Below are positions 1 through 9,478 of a DNA stretch of 64,000 nt, in pieces (within the stretch, counting starts at the first letter, position 1; each line of letters starts with the position of its first letter). Source of the stretch: Dehalococcoidia bacterium (lineage in GTDB: Bacteria; Chloroflexota; Dehalococcoidia; SHYB01); NCBI GenBank assembly GCA_965219875.1, contig CBDCOW010000001.1, forward strand, positions 1,036,468-1,100,467, written 5' to 3'. The position numbers were made by a program, and so were the translations under genes. A model generated the notes under the pieces. That model made no database searches and was not told where the DNA came from. It worked only from the letters and a program-made list of their open reading frames with translations.

Positions 1-65
1 GCGACCTCGCCGGCCTAAGCGCGGGCGAGCTCGCGGCCCTGGGAGACGAGGGCGTGTTCCACTAG
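1..65 (+). CDS. 3' end of a gene running in from the left edge, probably a class III CoA-transferase
   Basis: Frame from nt 3 reads DLAGLSAGELAALGDEGVFH*, resembling CaiB/BaiF C-termini (compare ...GLDRAEISELERERVIH* at 40396). Confidence 0.5.
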   Translation, partial: DLAGLSAGELAALGDEGVFH

Positions 66-79
66 CCAAGCGGCCCCTT

Positions 80-170
80 TTGCTCTCGAACCGTGTCTAC
101 GCCGGGCACGACGTGCAGGAGGGCAGCCGCGCCTTCAAGGAGAAGCGACCGGCCAGCTTCCGGGGTATGT
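80..170 (+). pseudogene. Orphan C-terminal fragment of an enoyl-CoA hydratase/crotonase
   Basis: Reads ...GHDVQEGSRAFKEKRPASFRG, the typical crotonase C-terminal motif (D..EG..AF.EKR.P.F.G); no N-terminal part or RBS. Confidence 0.55.
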
Positions 171-246
171 GGAGTAGGGGTTGGTGGGGCTTCGAGCTCC
201 CTCGGTGGTTGTGGCGGGGCCCCTCACCTCAATCCTCTTCCGCTGG

Positions 247-413
247 GAGACGTTTGCGTAACCGGGGTGACTGACCGCGAGGGTGGCGGACTTCGATAAC
301 CCGCGGTGGTTGCGAGGCGGCCCCTCATCTCAATCTTCTCCCGTTGGGAGAAGAGGCAAGACTTCCCGGCCCCACCCATGCTTGAGCCCGCGCGCGGGTT
401 GCGCAAAGGTCTC
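247..413. mobile_element. MITE-like element with IS5-type terminal inverted repeats
   Basis: Left GAGACGTTTGCGTAAC, right GTTGCGCAAAGGTCTC, matching the IS ends at 45518/46732; internal sequence near-identical to 45417-45517 plus 46738-46804. Confidence 0.75.
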
Positions 414-503
414 GGCTAGGAGAGGAGGTAAGACCTCCCGCCGACGCGCCTGTGGCGCGTGCCCTCTCTCAGTCTCTCCCAGGGGGAGAGAGGCGAAAGG
501 GGA

Positions 504-527
504 GGGCGATTCGCGAATCGCCCCTAC
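504..527 (-). repeat. GTAG-type REP palindrome
   Basis: Minus strand GTAGGGGCGATTCGCGAATCGCCC; identical copy at 9435-9458. Confidence 0.75.
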
Positions 528-564
528 GGGAGGAAGCGGCGCAGCTAGGCAAAGGGAGCGTTCT

Positions 565-1599
565 CTAAGAAGGCGCGCCAGTGCGCGCGGGGGCGAGGCG
601 GCCGGCTGCGAGGTCGATGGCGGTCTCGATGGAGCGGGTGAGGCTGGTGTGGTTGGCGATGCCCTTTCCCGCGATGTCGTAGGCGGTGCCGTGGTCTACC
701 GAGGTGCGGACGAAGGGGACGCCCATGGTGACGGTCACGCTGTCCTCGAAGCCGTGGACTTTTATGGCGATGTGGCCCTGGTCGTGGTAGAGGGCGAGCA
801 CGGCGTCGAATTCGCCGGCGATGGCTCGGTAGAAGATGGAGTCCGCCGGGTAGGGCCCGCGGGCATCGATGCCCCGCGCCCGCGCGTCCTCGACAGCGGG
901 AGCGATCTCCTCGATCTCCTCGCGGCCCAGCAGGCCGCCCTCGCCTCCGTGGGGGTTGAGCGCGGAAACGGCGATCACCGGGTTTTCGAGACCCCACTTC
1001 CGCAGGCTGTCGCGGGTGAGCTCTAGCTTGGCGAGGATGTTCTCCCGCGTGACGTAGCGAGCGGCCTCGATGAGCGGCTTGTGCGTGCTGAGGTGGGCGA
1101 CGCGCAGGCCCTTCGTCATGAGCAGGGTCGCGGTCAGCTTCGAACCGGCCATCCGGCCCAGGATCTCCTGATGGCCGATGTCGCCGTGGTTGCCGGCGGC
1201 CTGGACGGCTTCCTTGTTGATCGGCGCGGTGACCATGGCGTCGATGCGGCCTGCCAGCGCGAGCCGGGCCGCCTCCTCGATGTACTCCACCGAGGCGCGT
1301 CCCGCCGCCGCCGTCACCGCGCCGGTTACGACGTCGTCCGCGGCGAGGTTGTCGAGGTCGAGTACGTCGATGACGCCGGGCGCGGGATCCGCGTCCTCGA
1401 CGCGCTCGATGGGCCGCGCCCGCAGGTCGGCTCCGACGAGCGTTGCCGCTTCGTCGATGGCCCAGGCGGCCCCGATCACGACGGGGCGGCAGGTGTCGCG
1501 CAGGCCGGGCTCGGCCAGCGCCTTAGCGACGATCTCGGGGCCGATCCCCGCCGCGTCGCCCATCGTCACCGCGATCAGCGGCCGTGACGCCGTGCTCAT
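565..1599 (-). CDS. pdxA: 4-hydroxythreonine-4-phosphate dehydrogenase family (PdxA/PdxA2)
   Basis: Motifs IAVTMGDAAGIGPEI, TAPINKEA, LNPHGGEGG, GPYPADS, YHDQGHI, RTSVDHGTAYDIAGKG. Confidence 0.92.
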   Translation of the reverse strand: MSTASRPLIAVTMGDAAGIGPEIVAKALAEPGLRDTCRPVVIGAAWAIDEAATLVGADLRARPIERVEDADPAPGVIDVLDLDNLAADDVVTGAVTAAAGRASVEYIEEAARLALAGRIDAMVTAPINKEAVQAAGNHGDIGHQEILGRMAGSKLTATLLMTKGLRVAHLSTHKPLIEAARYVTRENILAKLELTRDSLRKWGLENPVIAVSALNPHGGEGGLLGREEIEEIAPAVEDARARGIDARGPYPADSIFYRAIAGEFDAVLALYHDQGHIAIKVHGFEDSVTVTMGVPFVRTSVDHGTAYDIAGKGIANHTSLTRSIETAIDLAAGRLAPARTGAPS

Positions 1600-1633
1600 G
1601 TCGGGAGTATACGCCCCGCGGGTTAAGGCGTGG

Positions 1634-2611
1634 TTAACGCCGCCTCGACCCCGCCTCGGGGTTCACGCAGTGGGGCGGGGTCTTGCCTTCTAGCGCGGCT
1701 ACGATGTTGCGGGCCGCCATCTCGGCCATCTTCAGCCGTGTGGCGCGGCTCGCGCTGGCGATATGCGGGGTCACGAGGACGTTGTCGAGGGAGAGGAGGG
1801 GGTCGTTGGCGGGGACCGGCTCGGGCTCGGTGACGTCGAGAGCGGCGCCGGCGATGCTCCCCGACTTGGCCGCCTCGTAGAGCGCCTTGGGGTCCACGAC
1901 CTCTCCGCGCGAGGTGTTGATCAGGTAGGCGGTGGACTTCATGAGCCGCAGCTCTCGTTCGCCGATCATGTGACGGGTCTCGTCCGAGAGCGGAACGTGC
2001 AGCGAGACGAAGTCCGACTCGCGGAGCAGCGTGTCGAGGTCGGTCGGCAATGCGTCGGCGGCATCCGGCTTGGGCGTCTGGGACGTGTAGCGCACGCGCA
2101 TGCCGAATCCGGCGGCGCGCCGGGCCACCGCGGAGCCGATGCGCCCCATGCCGACGATGCCGAGGGCGGCGCCGTGGACGTCGGCCCCCAGGAAGTCCAT
2201 GGGGCCCCAGGTCTTCCAGTCGCCGCGGCGCACGAAGCGCTCCGACTCGGAGACGCGGCGCGTCAAGGCGAGCAGCAGGGCGAAGGTGAAGTCGGCGGTG
2301 GTCTCGGTGAGGACGCCTGGGGTGTTGCCCACGTAGACGCCGCGGCGGGTGGCCGCGGGCACGTCGATATTGTTATAGCCCACCGCCATGTTACTGACGA
2401 CGCGCAGGCGCGGAGATGCGTCGAGCAGGGGCGCGTCGATGCGGTCGGTTATTAGCGAGAACAGGCCGTCGCAGCGCGCCGCCCGCTCGTGCAGTGCCTC
2501 GTAGGGCGGCGGCTCGTGGCGGGGCCAGACCTCGACGTCGGCGGCGGCGCGAATCAGGCCGAGCGCCTCCTCGAAGACGGGGCGCGTGACGAATACGAAG
2601 GGCCGGCCCAT
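1634..2611 (-). CDS. D-2-hydroxyacid dehydrogenase (glyoxylate reductase/D-glycerate dehydrogenase type)
   Basis: AVGYNNID, NTPGVLTETTAD, GIVGMGRIG, INTSRG, LDVTEPEP, TPHIASA. Confidence 0.9.
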   Translation of the reverse strand: MGRPFVFVTRPVFEEALGLIRAAADVEVWPRHEPPPYEALHERAARCDGLFSLITDRIDAPLLDASPRLRVVSNMAVGYNNIDVPAATRRGVYVGNTPGVLTETTADFTFALLLALTRRVSESERFVRRGDWKTWGPMDFLGADVHGAALGIVGMGRIGSAVARRAAGFGMRVRYTSQTPKPDAADALPTDLDTLLRESDFVSLHVPLSDETRHMIGERELRLMKSTAYLINTSRGEVVDPKALYEAAKSGSIAGAALDVTEPEPVPANDPLLSLDNVLVTPHIASASRATRLKMAEMAARNIVAALEGKTPPHCVNPEAGSRRR

Positions 2612-2624
2612 CGCCCGCGCCGGC

Positions 2625-3020
2625 TTAGAGCGAGCCCGCGGTCGCGGCGATGGCCTCGCGGACGCGGTCCGGGGCCTCGCCGCGTAGGGCGTCCCGGTCC
2701 ACCGTCTTCGCCAAGTCGATGAAACCGGCGGTCTGGATCATCTCGGGCAAGTGCTCGCCGATCTGCCGCATCGACCAGTCCAGCGCGTCGCCGATCTCCT
2801 TGGGGTCGAGGTCCAGTTGCCCAGAGGCGCTGGGCGGCATGTGATAGTGCGGCTCCTTGCGGAAGCAATCGAAGCGCAGCACCTGGGTGCGCTCGCCGGC
2901 GACGTCGCCGTAGACCTCGATGCTCACGCCACCATCCTTTTCGCCAAGCTCGCGGTGGAGCACCGTGAAGCTCAGCCCGCCGACGTCGAACGTTTCCTTT
3001 TCGCTAACCCGCATCTCCAT
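2625..3020 (-). CDS. Hypothetical protein (start MEMRVSEK)
   Basis: GAGGAGG RBS before ATG at 3020; globular composition with LRFDCF..EPHYH motif. Confidence 0.7.
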   Translation of the reverse strand: MEMRVSEKETFDVGGLSFTVLHRELGEKDGGVSIEVYGDVAGERTQVLRFDCFRKEPHYHMPPSASGQLDLDPKEIGDALDWSMRQIGEHLPEMIQTAGFIDLAKTVDRDALRGEAPDRVREAIAATAGSL

Positions 3021-3105
3021 GGCAGCCTCCTCGTCTGGCGCTATTTTACCCGACGCAGGGCACCGTGTCGGGGTGGGGACCGACCAAACGTTGACGAGGC
3101 ACCCG

Positions 3106-3390
3106 CTAAGCCGAGAATTGGAGCTTGACGCCGCAAGCGGCGGATACCTTCGCGAGGGTGTCGAGCCGTGGGTTCCGTTGGCCGGCCAACGTTCGGGAGA
3201 GTGCCACGCGGTCCAGGTTGGCCCGGCGCGCAAGTTCGGATATGCCGCCCCGCGCCTCGGCGACGTTGCGAAACGCCTTCATCAGCAGGCGCGGGTCGTC
3301 GCCCATTTCGTCAACCGCCGCGTTCAGGTAGGCGGCGATTTCCTCAGGAGTCTTGAAGTAGTCGCTGGCTTTATGGGCTCTCACTGGCAT
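3106..3390 (-). CDS. Addiction-module antidote (HTH antitoxin, HI1420-like)
   Basis: SDYFKTPEEIAAYL, VAEARGGISELARRANL, NPRLDTLAKV; overlaps toxin 3' end. Confidence 0.88.
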   Translation of the reverse strand: MPVRAHKASDYFKTPEEIAAYLNAAVDEMGDDPRLLMKAFRNVAEARGGISELARRANLDRVALSRTLAGQRNPRLDTLAKVSAACGVKLQFSA

Positions 3391-3715
3391 GGTGCTTCTC
3401 CTGCTTGTACTCCTCCCAGTAGCTCCGGGCCGTTTCGATGTCGCGGGCTTGCCGTTCCTTCGTCCCGCCACCGAGTAGGACCACAAGGTCAATACCGTCA
3501 CGCCCGAAGTAGATCCGGTAACCTGGACCGAAGTCGATCCGAAGCTCGGAGACACCCCCACCGACGGTCTTGCAATCGCCGAAGTTGCCAAGCTCCACTC
3601 GGTCGATCCGTGTTTGAACGCGTGCGCGAGTCTGGATGCTTTGCCTGCGGAACCATGCGTCAAAGGAGTCCCTACCGTCATTGGTGACGTAGTGGACAAT
3701 TTTTAGTATGCTCAA
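3371..3715 (-). CDS. RelE/ParE-superfamily toxin (addiction module killer, toxin-first order)
   Basis: GNFGDCKTVGGGVSELRIDFGPGYRIYF, LLGGGTKERQARDI. Confidence 0.92.
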   Translation of the reverse strand: MSILKIVHYVTNDGRDSFDAWFRRQSIQTRARVQTRIDRVELGNFGDCKTVGGGVSELRIDFGPGYRIYFGRDGIDLVVLLGGGTKERQARDIETARSYWEEYKQEKHHASESP

Positions 3716-3791
3716 GTTGTAGCCTATTAGCTACACCAAGTCAAGCGTCGCTGTCGTCGTAAACGATTGGCCGGCGGTGAGGCACCGTCTC

Positions 3792-4712
3792 CTAGCCCCC
3801 CGGCGCGAGGGCGGCGCAGGTGTTCTCGAAGGCGTCGGGAATGCGGTCGGAGGCGGCGCGAGTCGAGAGGATGAGCAGCTCCGCGCCTTGGTCGAAGAAG
3901 TCGTTCATGCTGGCCTTGATTTGGGCCGCCGTTCCGTAGAGGGAGAGTTCGTCCACCATCTCGTCGCTGACCGCGGCGATGGCGGCCTGGTTGTCGCCGC
4001 GGGCCAACGCCGCGCCGCAGGCCTCCGCCTCCACGCCGTAGCCCGCCTCCGCCATCAGCGCCTGATAGAAGGGGAGGCGCTGGTAGAAGGCCACGCCGGC
4101 GCGGGCGACCTCGCGGGCCTCCTCGACGTTCTCGGACAGCGCGCAGCCGAGGAAGAGGCAGGTCTTGGCCGTGGTCTTGCCGTCCGTCCGCCGCTCCGCG
4201 CCGTCCTGGAGCGCCCGCACCCATTGGGGCAGCAGCTTCTTGGGGATCATGTTCAGGATCGCGCCGTCGGAGAGCTCGCCCGCCGTCGCCGTCATCTTCT
4301 GGCGCAGGGCGCCGATGTACAGGCTGGGATCGCCCCACGTCTCGCCCTTCATAGCCGCGACGTAGTTGCGCAGGGCGGTGAGGGGCTTGGACATGTCGAT
4401 CCCGCGCGGCTCGTTCGTGGGTTGGTGGGCCGTCCCGAGGCCGAGGTCCATCCGCCCGCCGGAGACCTCATTGATGTAGGAAGTCTCCTGGGCGCAGATC
4501 GCGGGATGGCGCAGGTAGAAGTTGGTGATCGCCGAGCCGACGCGCACCCGCTCGGTGGCGAGCGCCATGTGCAGGCAGAGCGCCAGGCTCCCGACACCGG
4601 ATTCGGTGGAGTAGACGCCGTGGTAGCCGGCGCGCTCGACCATCCTCGCCTGCTCGGCGACTTTGGCCAGCTCTCCTTTGCCGCCCGAAACGACCAGCCC
4701 GATCTCTCGCAT
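3792..4712 (-). CDS. LLM-class (luciferase-like) flavin/F420-dependent oxidoreductase
   Basis: ATERVRVGSAITNFYLRHP, SGGRMDLGLG, ELSDGAIL; GGAGG RBS. Confidence 0.85.
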   Translation of the reverse strand: MREIGLVVSGGKGELAKVAEQARMVERAGYHGVYSTESGVGSLALCLHMALATERVRVGSAITNFYLRHPAICAQETSYINEVSGGRMDLGLGTAHQPTNEPRGIDMSKPLTALRNYVAAMKGETWGDPSLYIGALRQKMTATAGELSDGAILNMIPKKLLPQWVRALQDGAERRTDGKTTAKTCLFLGCALSENVEEAREVARAGVAFYQRLPFYQALMAEAGYGVEAEACGAALARGDNQAAIAAVSDEMVDELSLYGTAAQIKASMNDFFDQGAELLILSTRAASDRIPDAFENTCAALAPGG

Positions 4713-4888
4713 GTGGAACCTCCCAGAAGGAAATCGGGCGCATCATACACCGGCTGGTGCCTCTGAGCCGCGGGAGTAGGGGTAGTCCCTTCCTCAACGG
4801 AGGCTCTAGGGTAGGCGGCGCTGGCGGTTGCGGGGTTGAAGCGCTTCGATGGCCTTCGGTGGTTGTCGGGGGGGGGGCGTCCCCTTCC

Positions 4889-5764
4889 CTAATCCACGGT
4901 GAGGCTGATGTCGAGGGCGGGGGCGGAGTGGGTCAGCGCGCCGACGGAGATGAAGTCGACACCGGCCTCGGCGGCTTGGCGGGCGGTCTCGAGGGTGACA
5001 CCGCCGGAGGCTTCCGTCTTCGACCGCCCGGCGACGGCGCGGACCGCGTCGGCGAGCCGGGCCGGCATCATGTTGTCGAGCAGGATGAGGTCGGGAGCCG
5101 CCGCCGCCGCCTCGTCCGCCTCTTCAGGCGTCGTGACTTCGATCTCGATGGTCATGCCGGGGGGCGCCTTGGCCCGGGCCCGCTCGACGATCTCGGCAAG
5201 GCCCAGCCCCCCGCGGCGCAGCGTTGCGATGTGGTTGTCCTTGATCAGTACGGCGTCGGCGAGTCCGAGTCGGTGGTTGTAGCCGCCGCCGGCGCGCACG
5301 GCATATTTTTCGAGGAGCCGCAGCCCCGGCGTCGTCTTGCGGGTGTCGAGGATGCGCGCGCCCGTTCCGTCGACGGCGGCGGCGAAGCGCGCCGTCAGGG
5401 TCGCGATGCCGCTGAGGCGCTGCAACAGGTTCAGGGCCAGGCGTTCCCCCGCGAGTATCGACCCCAGTGCTCCCTCGACGACGGCCAGCGTCTGACCGGC
5501 CTCCACTGCGGCCCCGTCGCGTGTCTCGGAGGAGAAGCGCAGGCCCTGGTCGAGCTGGTGAAAGACCTCGGACGCGGCGGGCAGGCCGGCCACGATCCCC
5601 GGCTCCTTGGCCACGAAGCGGCCGGAGCCGAGCTCCTTGGCGTCGATGAGGACCCGCGTGGTGACGTCGTCGTCGGCGCCGTCCTCGCCGAGACCGAAGC
5701 GCGCGATATCCTCCACGGCCTCGTGGAGCAGCTCGGCGGGGACCTCTCTGGGGAAATCAGCCAC
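4889..5764 (-). CDS. nadC: Nicotinate-nucleotide pyrophosphorylase (carboxylating)
   Basis: ERLALNLLQRLSGIAT, DTRKTTPGLR, NHRLGLADAVLIKDNH, EASGGV, ISVGALTHSA. Confidence 0.95.
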   Translation of the reverse strand: MADFPREVPAELLHEAVEDIARFGLGEDGADDDVTTRVLIDAKELGSGRFVAKEPGIVAGLPAASEVFHQLDQGLRFSSETRDGAAVEAGQTLAVVEGALGSILAGERLALNLLQRLSGIATLTARFAAAVDGTGARILDTRKTTPGLRLLEKYAVRAGGGYNHRLGLADAVLIKDNHIATLRRGGLGLAEIVERARAKAPPGMTIEIEVTTPEEADEAAAAAPDLILLDNMMPARLADAVRAVAGRSKTEASGGVTLETARQAAEAGVDFISVGALTHSAPALDISLTVD

Positions 5765-6056
5765 GGCTACGCTCCGCGAGCCGTTTCTGCTCCGCGATGT
5801 GCGCTTCGGTGAGCCGGCGGTTCGTCTCGAGGTTCACCCACACGTGGGCGGGGACGCCAAGGACCCGTTCGATCCGCAACGCCGTATCCAGGGTGACCTG
5901 GGTGGTCCCCTTGATGAGCTCGTTGACCTCTGACATCGGCCGTCCCATGCGCCGAGCCAACTCCCGCGGGCTCATGCCGATCTCCTCCAGTTCTTCGAGA
6001 AGGATTTCGCCAGGGGTAGTCGGAGTGTCGGAAAAGATGACTTTGTCGTCAGCCAT
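5757..6056 (-). CDS. higA: HigA-family antitoxin (XRE HTH), orphan
   Basis: PGEILLEEL..GMSPRELARRMG, TALRIERVLGVPAHVWVNLE; stop overlaps nadC start. Confidence 0.8.
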   Translation of the reverse strand: MADDKVIFSDTPTTPGEILLEELEEIGMSPRELARRMGRPMSEVNELIKGTTQVTLDTALRIERVLGVPAHVWVNLETNRRLTEAHIAEQKRLAERSRG

Positions 6057-6080
6057 GATGGTCAAGCGCGCAGAAAGGCG

Positions 6081-7295
6081 CTACAGGATCGCTCCCTCGG
6101 CCTTCATCTCCTGGAGGTCGTCCCAGGTGTAGCCGTACTCTTGGAGGACTTCTTCGGTGTGCTCGCCGAGCTCGGGGGCGGCGAGCCGGAGGGTCTGCGG
6201 CGTCTCGCTGAACTGGACGGGGAAGCCGGGGACCTTCGTCTTGCCGAACCGGGGATGGTCCCATTCGGTGATGTAGTCGTTGGCGATGACCTGGGGGTCA
6301 TCCTCCAAGTCGGCGATGTTGTTGATGCGGGTGTAGATGAGGTCGCCGGCGGCTTGGAACTTGCCGTCCCACTCCTCGTAGGTGCGCTCGGCGAACTTCA
6401 TGTCGAAGATGTCGACGAGCTCCTTGTTGTGACGCTCGCGGTCGAGGAGGGTGGCGAAGCGAGGGTCGTGTTCGAGCTCGGGTAAGTCAAGCGCCTTGCA
6501 CAGTGTAGGCCAGTAGCGGTCGCCCTGGACGAGGGCGAGGACGATCCACCGCCCGCCCTTGCAACGGTACCAGTTGGCAAGAGGATTCCTGGCGTCGGCG
6601 CGGTCCTGGTAGCCTGGGCCCTGGCCGGTTGCGGTGCGGGAGAGCACGGCGATGGACTGGAGGTTGATCATTGCGCCGAGCCCGGAGGAGAAGACCTCTT
6701 GGCCGAAGCCGTGGCGCTCGCGGGCGAGCAGGGCGGCGATGGCCCCGAAGGCGAGCCACACCGCGCCCATCTGGTCGGCCATGCCGGAGTTGTTCACCGG
6801 CGGCGCGTCGGGGCCGCCCGCGAGCGTCATGTTGCCGCTCGCGGCAAGCGTCACCGTGTCGAGGTTGGGGCGGTTGACGTGCGGCCCCTTGTGGCCGTAG
6901 CCGGTCGAGGAGGCGTAGACGAGCTTGGGGTTGATCTTGCGAAGGGTCTCGTAGTCCATGCCGAGGCGGGCCGCCGCTCCGGCGCGGTAGTTCTGGATGA
7001 GCGCGTCGGCCTTCTCGACGATCCGGTACATCGCCTCTAGGCCCTTCGGCGTCTTGAGGTTCAAGGCGATGCCGCGCGCGTTGCGGTTGTTCTTCTCCCA
7101 GATGAGGCTGCTGCCCGTCGGCATGGCGAGGTTTACGCCCTGGGCGCGGTTCAGGGTGCGCGCCATGTCGCCGACGCGGGGGTCCTCGACCTTGATGACC
7201 TCGGCGCCCATGTCGCCGAGGATCGTCGCCGCCATCGGGCCGGTCGCCCCGACCGTCCAGCTGATGACGCGCATGCCTTCGAGAATGGAACGCAC
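6081..7295 (-). CDS. Class III CoA-transferase (CaiB/BaiF)
   Basis: LGDMGAEVIKVE, NRNARGIALNLK, catalytic Asp in GMADQMG, APELGEHT; GTG start after GGAGGAG. Confidence 0.92.
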   Translation of the reverse strand: MRSILEGMRVISWTVGATGPMAATILGDMGAEVIKVEDPRVGDMARTLNRAQGVNLAMPTGSSLIWEKNNRNARGIALNLKTPKGLEAMYRIVEKADALIQNYRAGAAARLGMDYETLRKINPKLVYASSTGYGHKGPHVNRPNLDTVTLAASGNMTLAGGPDAPPVNNSGMADQMGAVWLAFGAIAALLARERHGFGQEVFSSGLGAMINLQSIAVLSRTATGQGPGYQDRADARNPLANWYRCKGGRWIVLALVQGDRYWPTLCKALDLPELEHDPRFATLLDRERHNKELVDIFDMKFAERTYEEWDGKFQAAGDLIYTRINNIADLEDDPQVIANDYITEWDHPRFGKTKVPGFPVQFSETPQTLRLAAPELGEHTEEVLQEYGYTWDDLQEMKAEGAIL

Positions 7296-7360
7296 CCGGC
7301 TCTCCTCCCGCGCCCACTGTGCCGCGCACGGGCTCGGCGAGCGTAGCAAGCGGCGATTTC

Positions 7361-7408
7361 CCGGTCAACTAAGTAAGGGGCCGGTCAACTAAGCGAGGGC
7401 GGGTCAAC
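7361..7408. promoter_or_regulatory. Phased direct repeats (GGTCAAC x3, 20-bp period) in a divergent promoter region
   Basis: CCGGTCAACTAAG at 7361 and 7381, GGGTCAAC at 7401; extended -10-like TGCTATAGT at 7439-7447. Confidence 0.5.
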
Positions 7409-7476
7409 CGGACGCGTTGCGCGGTGCCCGAAACCCCGTGCTATAGTTCGCCCTACCCTTACAAGAGGAGGCCGCA

Positions 7477-8400
7477 GTGCCGCTTCACCCCCAAGCGCAA
7501 CGAGTCGTCGACGCGATGGCCGCCCTCAACCGGCCGCCGATGCAGACCCTGAACCCGCGCGACGCACGGGCCTTCTCCGCGGCGGCTCCGCGGCCCGCCA
7601 CGCCCGGCGTCGGCAAGATCCTCAACGACGTCATCCCCGGCCCCGGGGGCGACATACCCGTCCGCATCTACTGGCCCATCGAGCAGACCGGCTCCGGAAT
7701 CATCGTTTACTACCACGGAGGCGGATGGGTAATCGGCGATTTGTGGATGGTGGACGGGGTCTGCCGCCAGCTCGCCAACAAGTCGGGCTGCATCGTCGTC
7801 TCCGTCGATTACCGTTTGGCCCCGGAGCACAAGTTCCCCGCCGCCGCCGAGGACGCCTACGCCGCGGTGGTGTGGGCGCGCGACCATGGCGCGGAGCTTG
7901 GCGGCGACGGCTCGCGGATTGGCGTCACCGGCGATAGCGCCGGCGGCAATCTCACCGCCTGCGCCGCGGTTATGGCCGCCGAACGCGGCGGCCCCAAGAT
8001 CGCGCTCCAGGCCCCCCTCTACCCCGTGATCGCCGCCGACTTCGGGAACCAGTCGTACGGCGACCGCGCCGATGGGCCGATCCTGACCCGTGCGGCGATG
8101 GAGTGGTTCTGGGAGCTGTACCTCAACGACCCGTCGGAGGCGAAGCACCCCCACGTGGCGCCGATCTACTCCGAGCATCTCGCCAAGGCGGCGCCCGCGC
8201 TGGTGATCACCGCCGAGTATGACCCGCTGCGCGACGAGGGCGCCGCCTACGCCCGCGCCTTGCAGGAGGCCGGCGTCTCGGTCGTCCATCACGACTACCC
8301 CGGCGTACCCCATGGGTTCGTCACGATGTGGCACGCCATCGACCTGGGCATGGACGCGCTCAACGAGATCGCGTCGGCGATGAAGAAGGCGCTCGCCTAG
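7477..8400 (+). CDS. Alpha/beta hydrolase, hormone-sensitive-lipase family esterase
   Basis: HGGGW, YRLAPEHKFP, GDSAGG, EYDPLRDEG, HGF. Confidence 0.93.
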   Translation: MPLHPQAQRVVDAMAALNRPPMQTLNPRDARAFSAAAPRPATPGVGKILNDVIPGPGGDIPVRIYWPIEQTGSGIIVYYHGGGWVIGDLWMVDGVCRQLANKSGCIVVSVDYRLAPEHKFPAAAEDAYAAVVWARDHGAELGGDGSRIGVTGDSAGGNLTACAAVMAAERGGPKIALQAPLYPVIAADFGNQSYGDRADGPILTRAAMEWFWELYLNDPSEAKHPHVAPIYSEHLAKAAPALVITAEYDPLRDEGAAYARALQEAGVSVVHHDYPGVPHGFVTMWHAIDLGMDALNEIASAMKKALA

Positions 8401-8449
8401 GATTTGATCGCGCCGCGCCGATGAAGAAGCCGTGGTCTAGGAGTTAATC

Positions 8450-9379
8450 GTGCCGCTCGACCCGCAAGTCACTGCCCTGTTCGAATTGATGGGGCGCGCC
8501 GACGCGCCCTCGTATGAGGAGCAGACCCCCGTCGAGGCGCGGGGACGGGGCGACGCCGCGCCGACGCCGCCCGCTCCCGCCGTCGCCCGCATCGAAATGT
8601 TCGAGGCGCCCGGTCCCAACGGCGGGGTCCCCGTCCGCGTCTACACTCCCGAGGGCTCGGGGCCGTTTCCCGCGCTCGTCCTCATCCACGGCGGCGGGTG
8701 GGTCGTGGGCAGCATCTGGGGGTACGAGGCGACGGCACGGCTGCTCGCCAACGCGGCGGAATGTGTCGTCGTCTCGGTCGAGTACCGGCTGGCGCCGGAG
8801 CACAAGTTCCCCGCCGCGCCGGAGGACTGCTACGCCGCGACCAAGTGGACCTATGATCAGGCCGACCTGATCGGCGCCGACCCATCGCGCATCGCCGTCG
8901 CGGGAGCCAGCGCGGGGGGCAACCTCGCCGCCGTCGTAGCCCTCATGGCCCGCGACCGCGGGGGGCCGGACTTCGCGCTCCAGGTCCCGATCTACCCGGT
9001 CATCGAGCGCGACTTCACCCGGCCTTCCTACGTCGAAAACGGGCAGGGGCCGGGCCTCACCCAGCCTGCCATGGCGTGGTTCTGGGACCACTATCTCGCC
9101 GACGACGCGGACGCCGACCATCCCTACGTCTGCCCACTGCGCGCCGAAGCCCTCGCGGGCGTCGCTCCCGCGCTGGTCATCACCGCCGAGTACGACCCTC
9201 TCCGCGACGAGGGGCGCGCCTATGCCGACGCTCTCCGCGACGTCGGTGTCGCCGTGACCTACAGCGAGTACCCCGGCATGGCGCACGGCTTCTTCGGGTG
9301 GCACACCGCCGTCGACAAGGCCAAGGAGGCCGTGGCCGAAGTCGCTGCCGCTTTAAGGGCCGCGTTCGGGACGGGGTAG
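8450..9379 (+). CDS. Alpha/beta hydrolase, HSL-family esterase (tandem paralogue)
   Basis: HGGGW, YRLAPEHKFP, GASAGG, EYDPLRDEG, HGFF. Confidence 0.93.
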   Translation: MPLDPQVTALFELMGRADAPSYEEQTPVEARGRGDAAPTPPAPAVARIEMFEAPGPNGGVPVRVYTPEGSGPFPALVLIHGGGWVVGSIWGYEATARLLANAAECVVVSVEYRLAPEHKFPAAPEDCYAATKWTYDQADLIGADPSRIAVAGASAGGNLAAVVALMARDRGGPDFALQVPIYPVIERDFTRPSYVENGQGPGLTQPAMAWFWDHYLADDADADHPYVCPLRAEALAGVAPALVITAEYDPLRDEGRAYADALRDVGVAVTYSEYPGMAHGFFGWHTAVDKAKEAVAEVAAALRAAFGTG

Positions 9380-9434
9380 GGGCGCTCTACGCGACCCCTT
9401 CCCCTTCCAGAGAGAGGGCCGGAGCGGAGGGGGA

Positions 9435-9458
9435 GGGCGATTCGCGAATCGCCCCTAC
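9435..9458 (-). repeat. GTAG-type REP palindrome
   Basis: Identical to 504-527; lies between convergent genes. Confidence 0.75.
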
Positions 9459-9478
9459 GGGAGTAGTTGACCGCGCCG

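Noticed and set aside
4868-4877. G10 homopolymer as a phase-variation switch
   Set aside because: Intergenic, just downstream of the nadC stop within repeat-like DNA; no linked promoter element seen.
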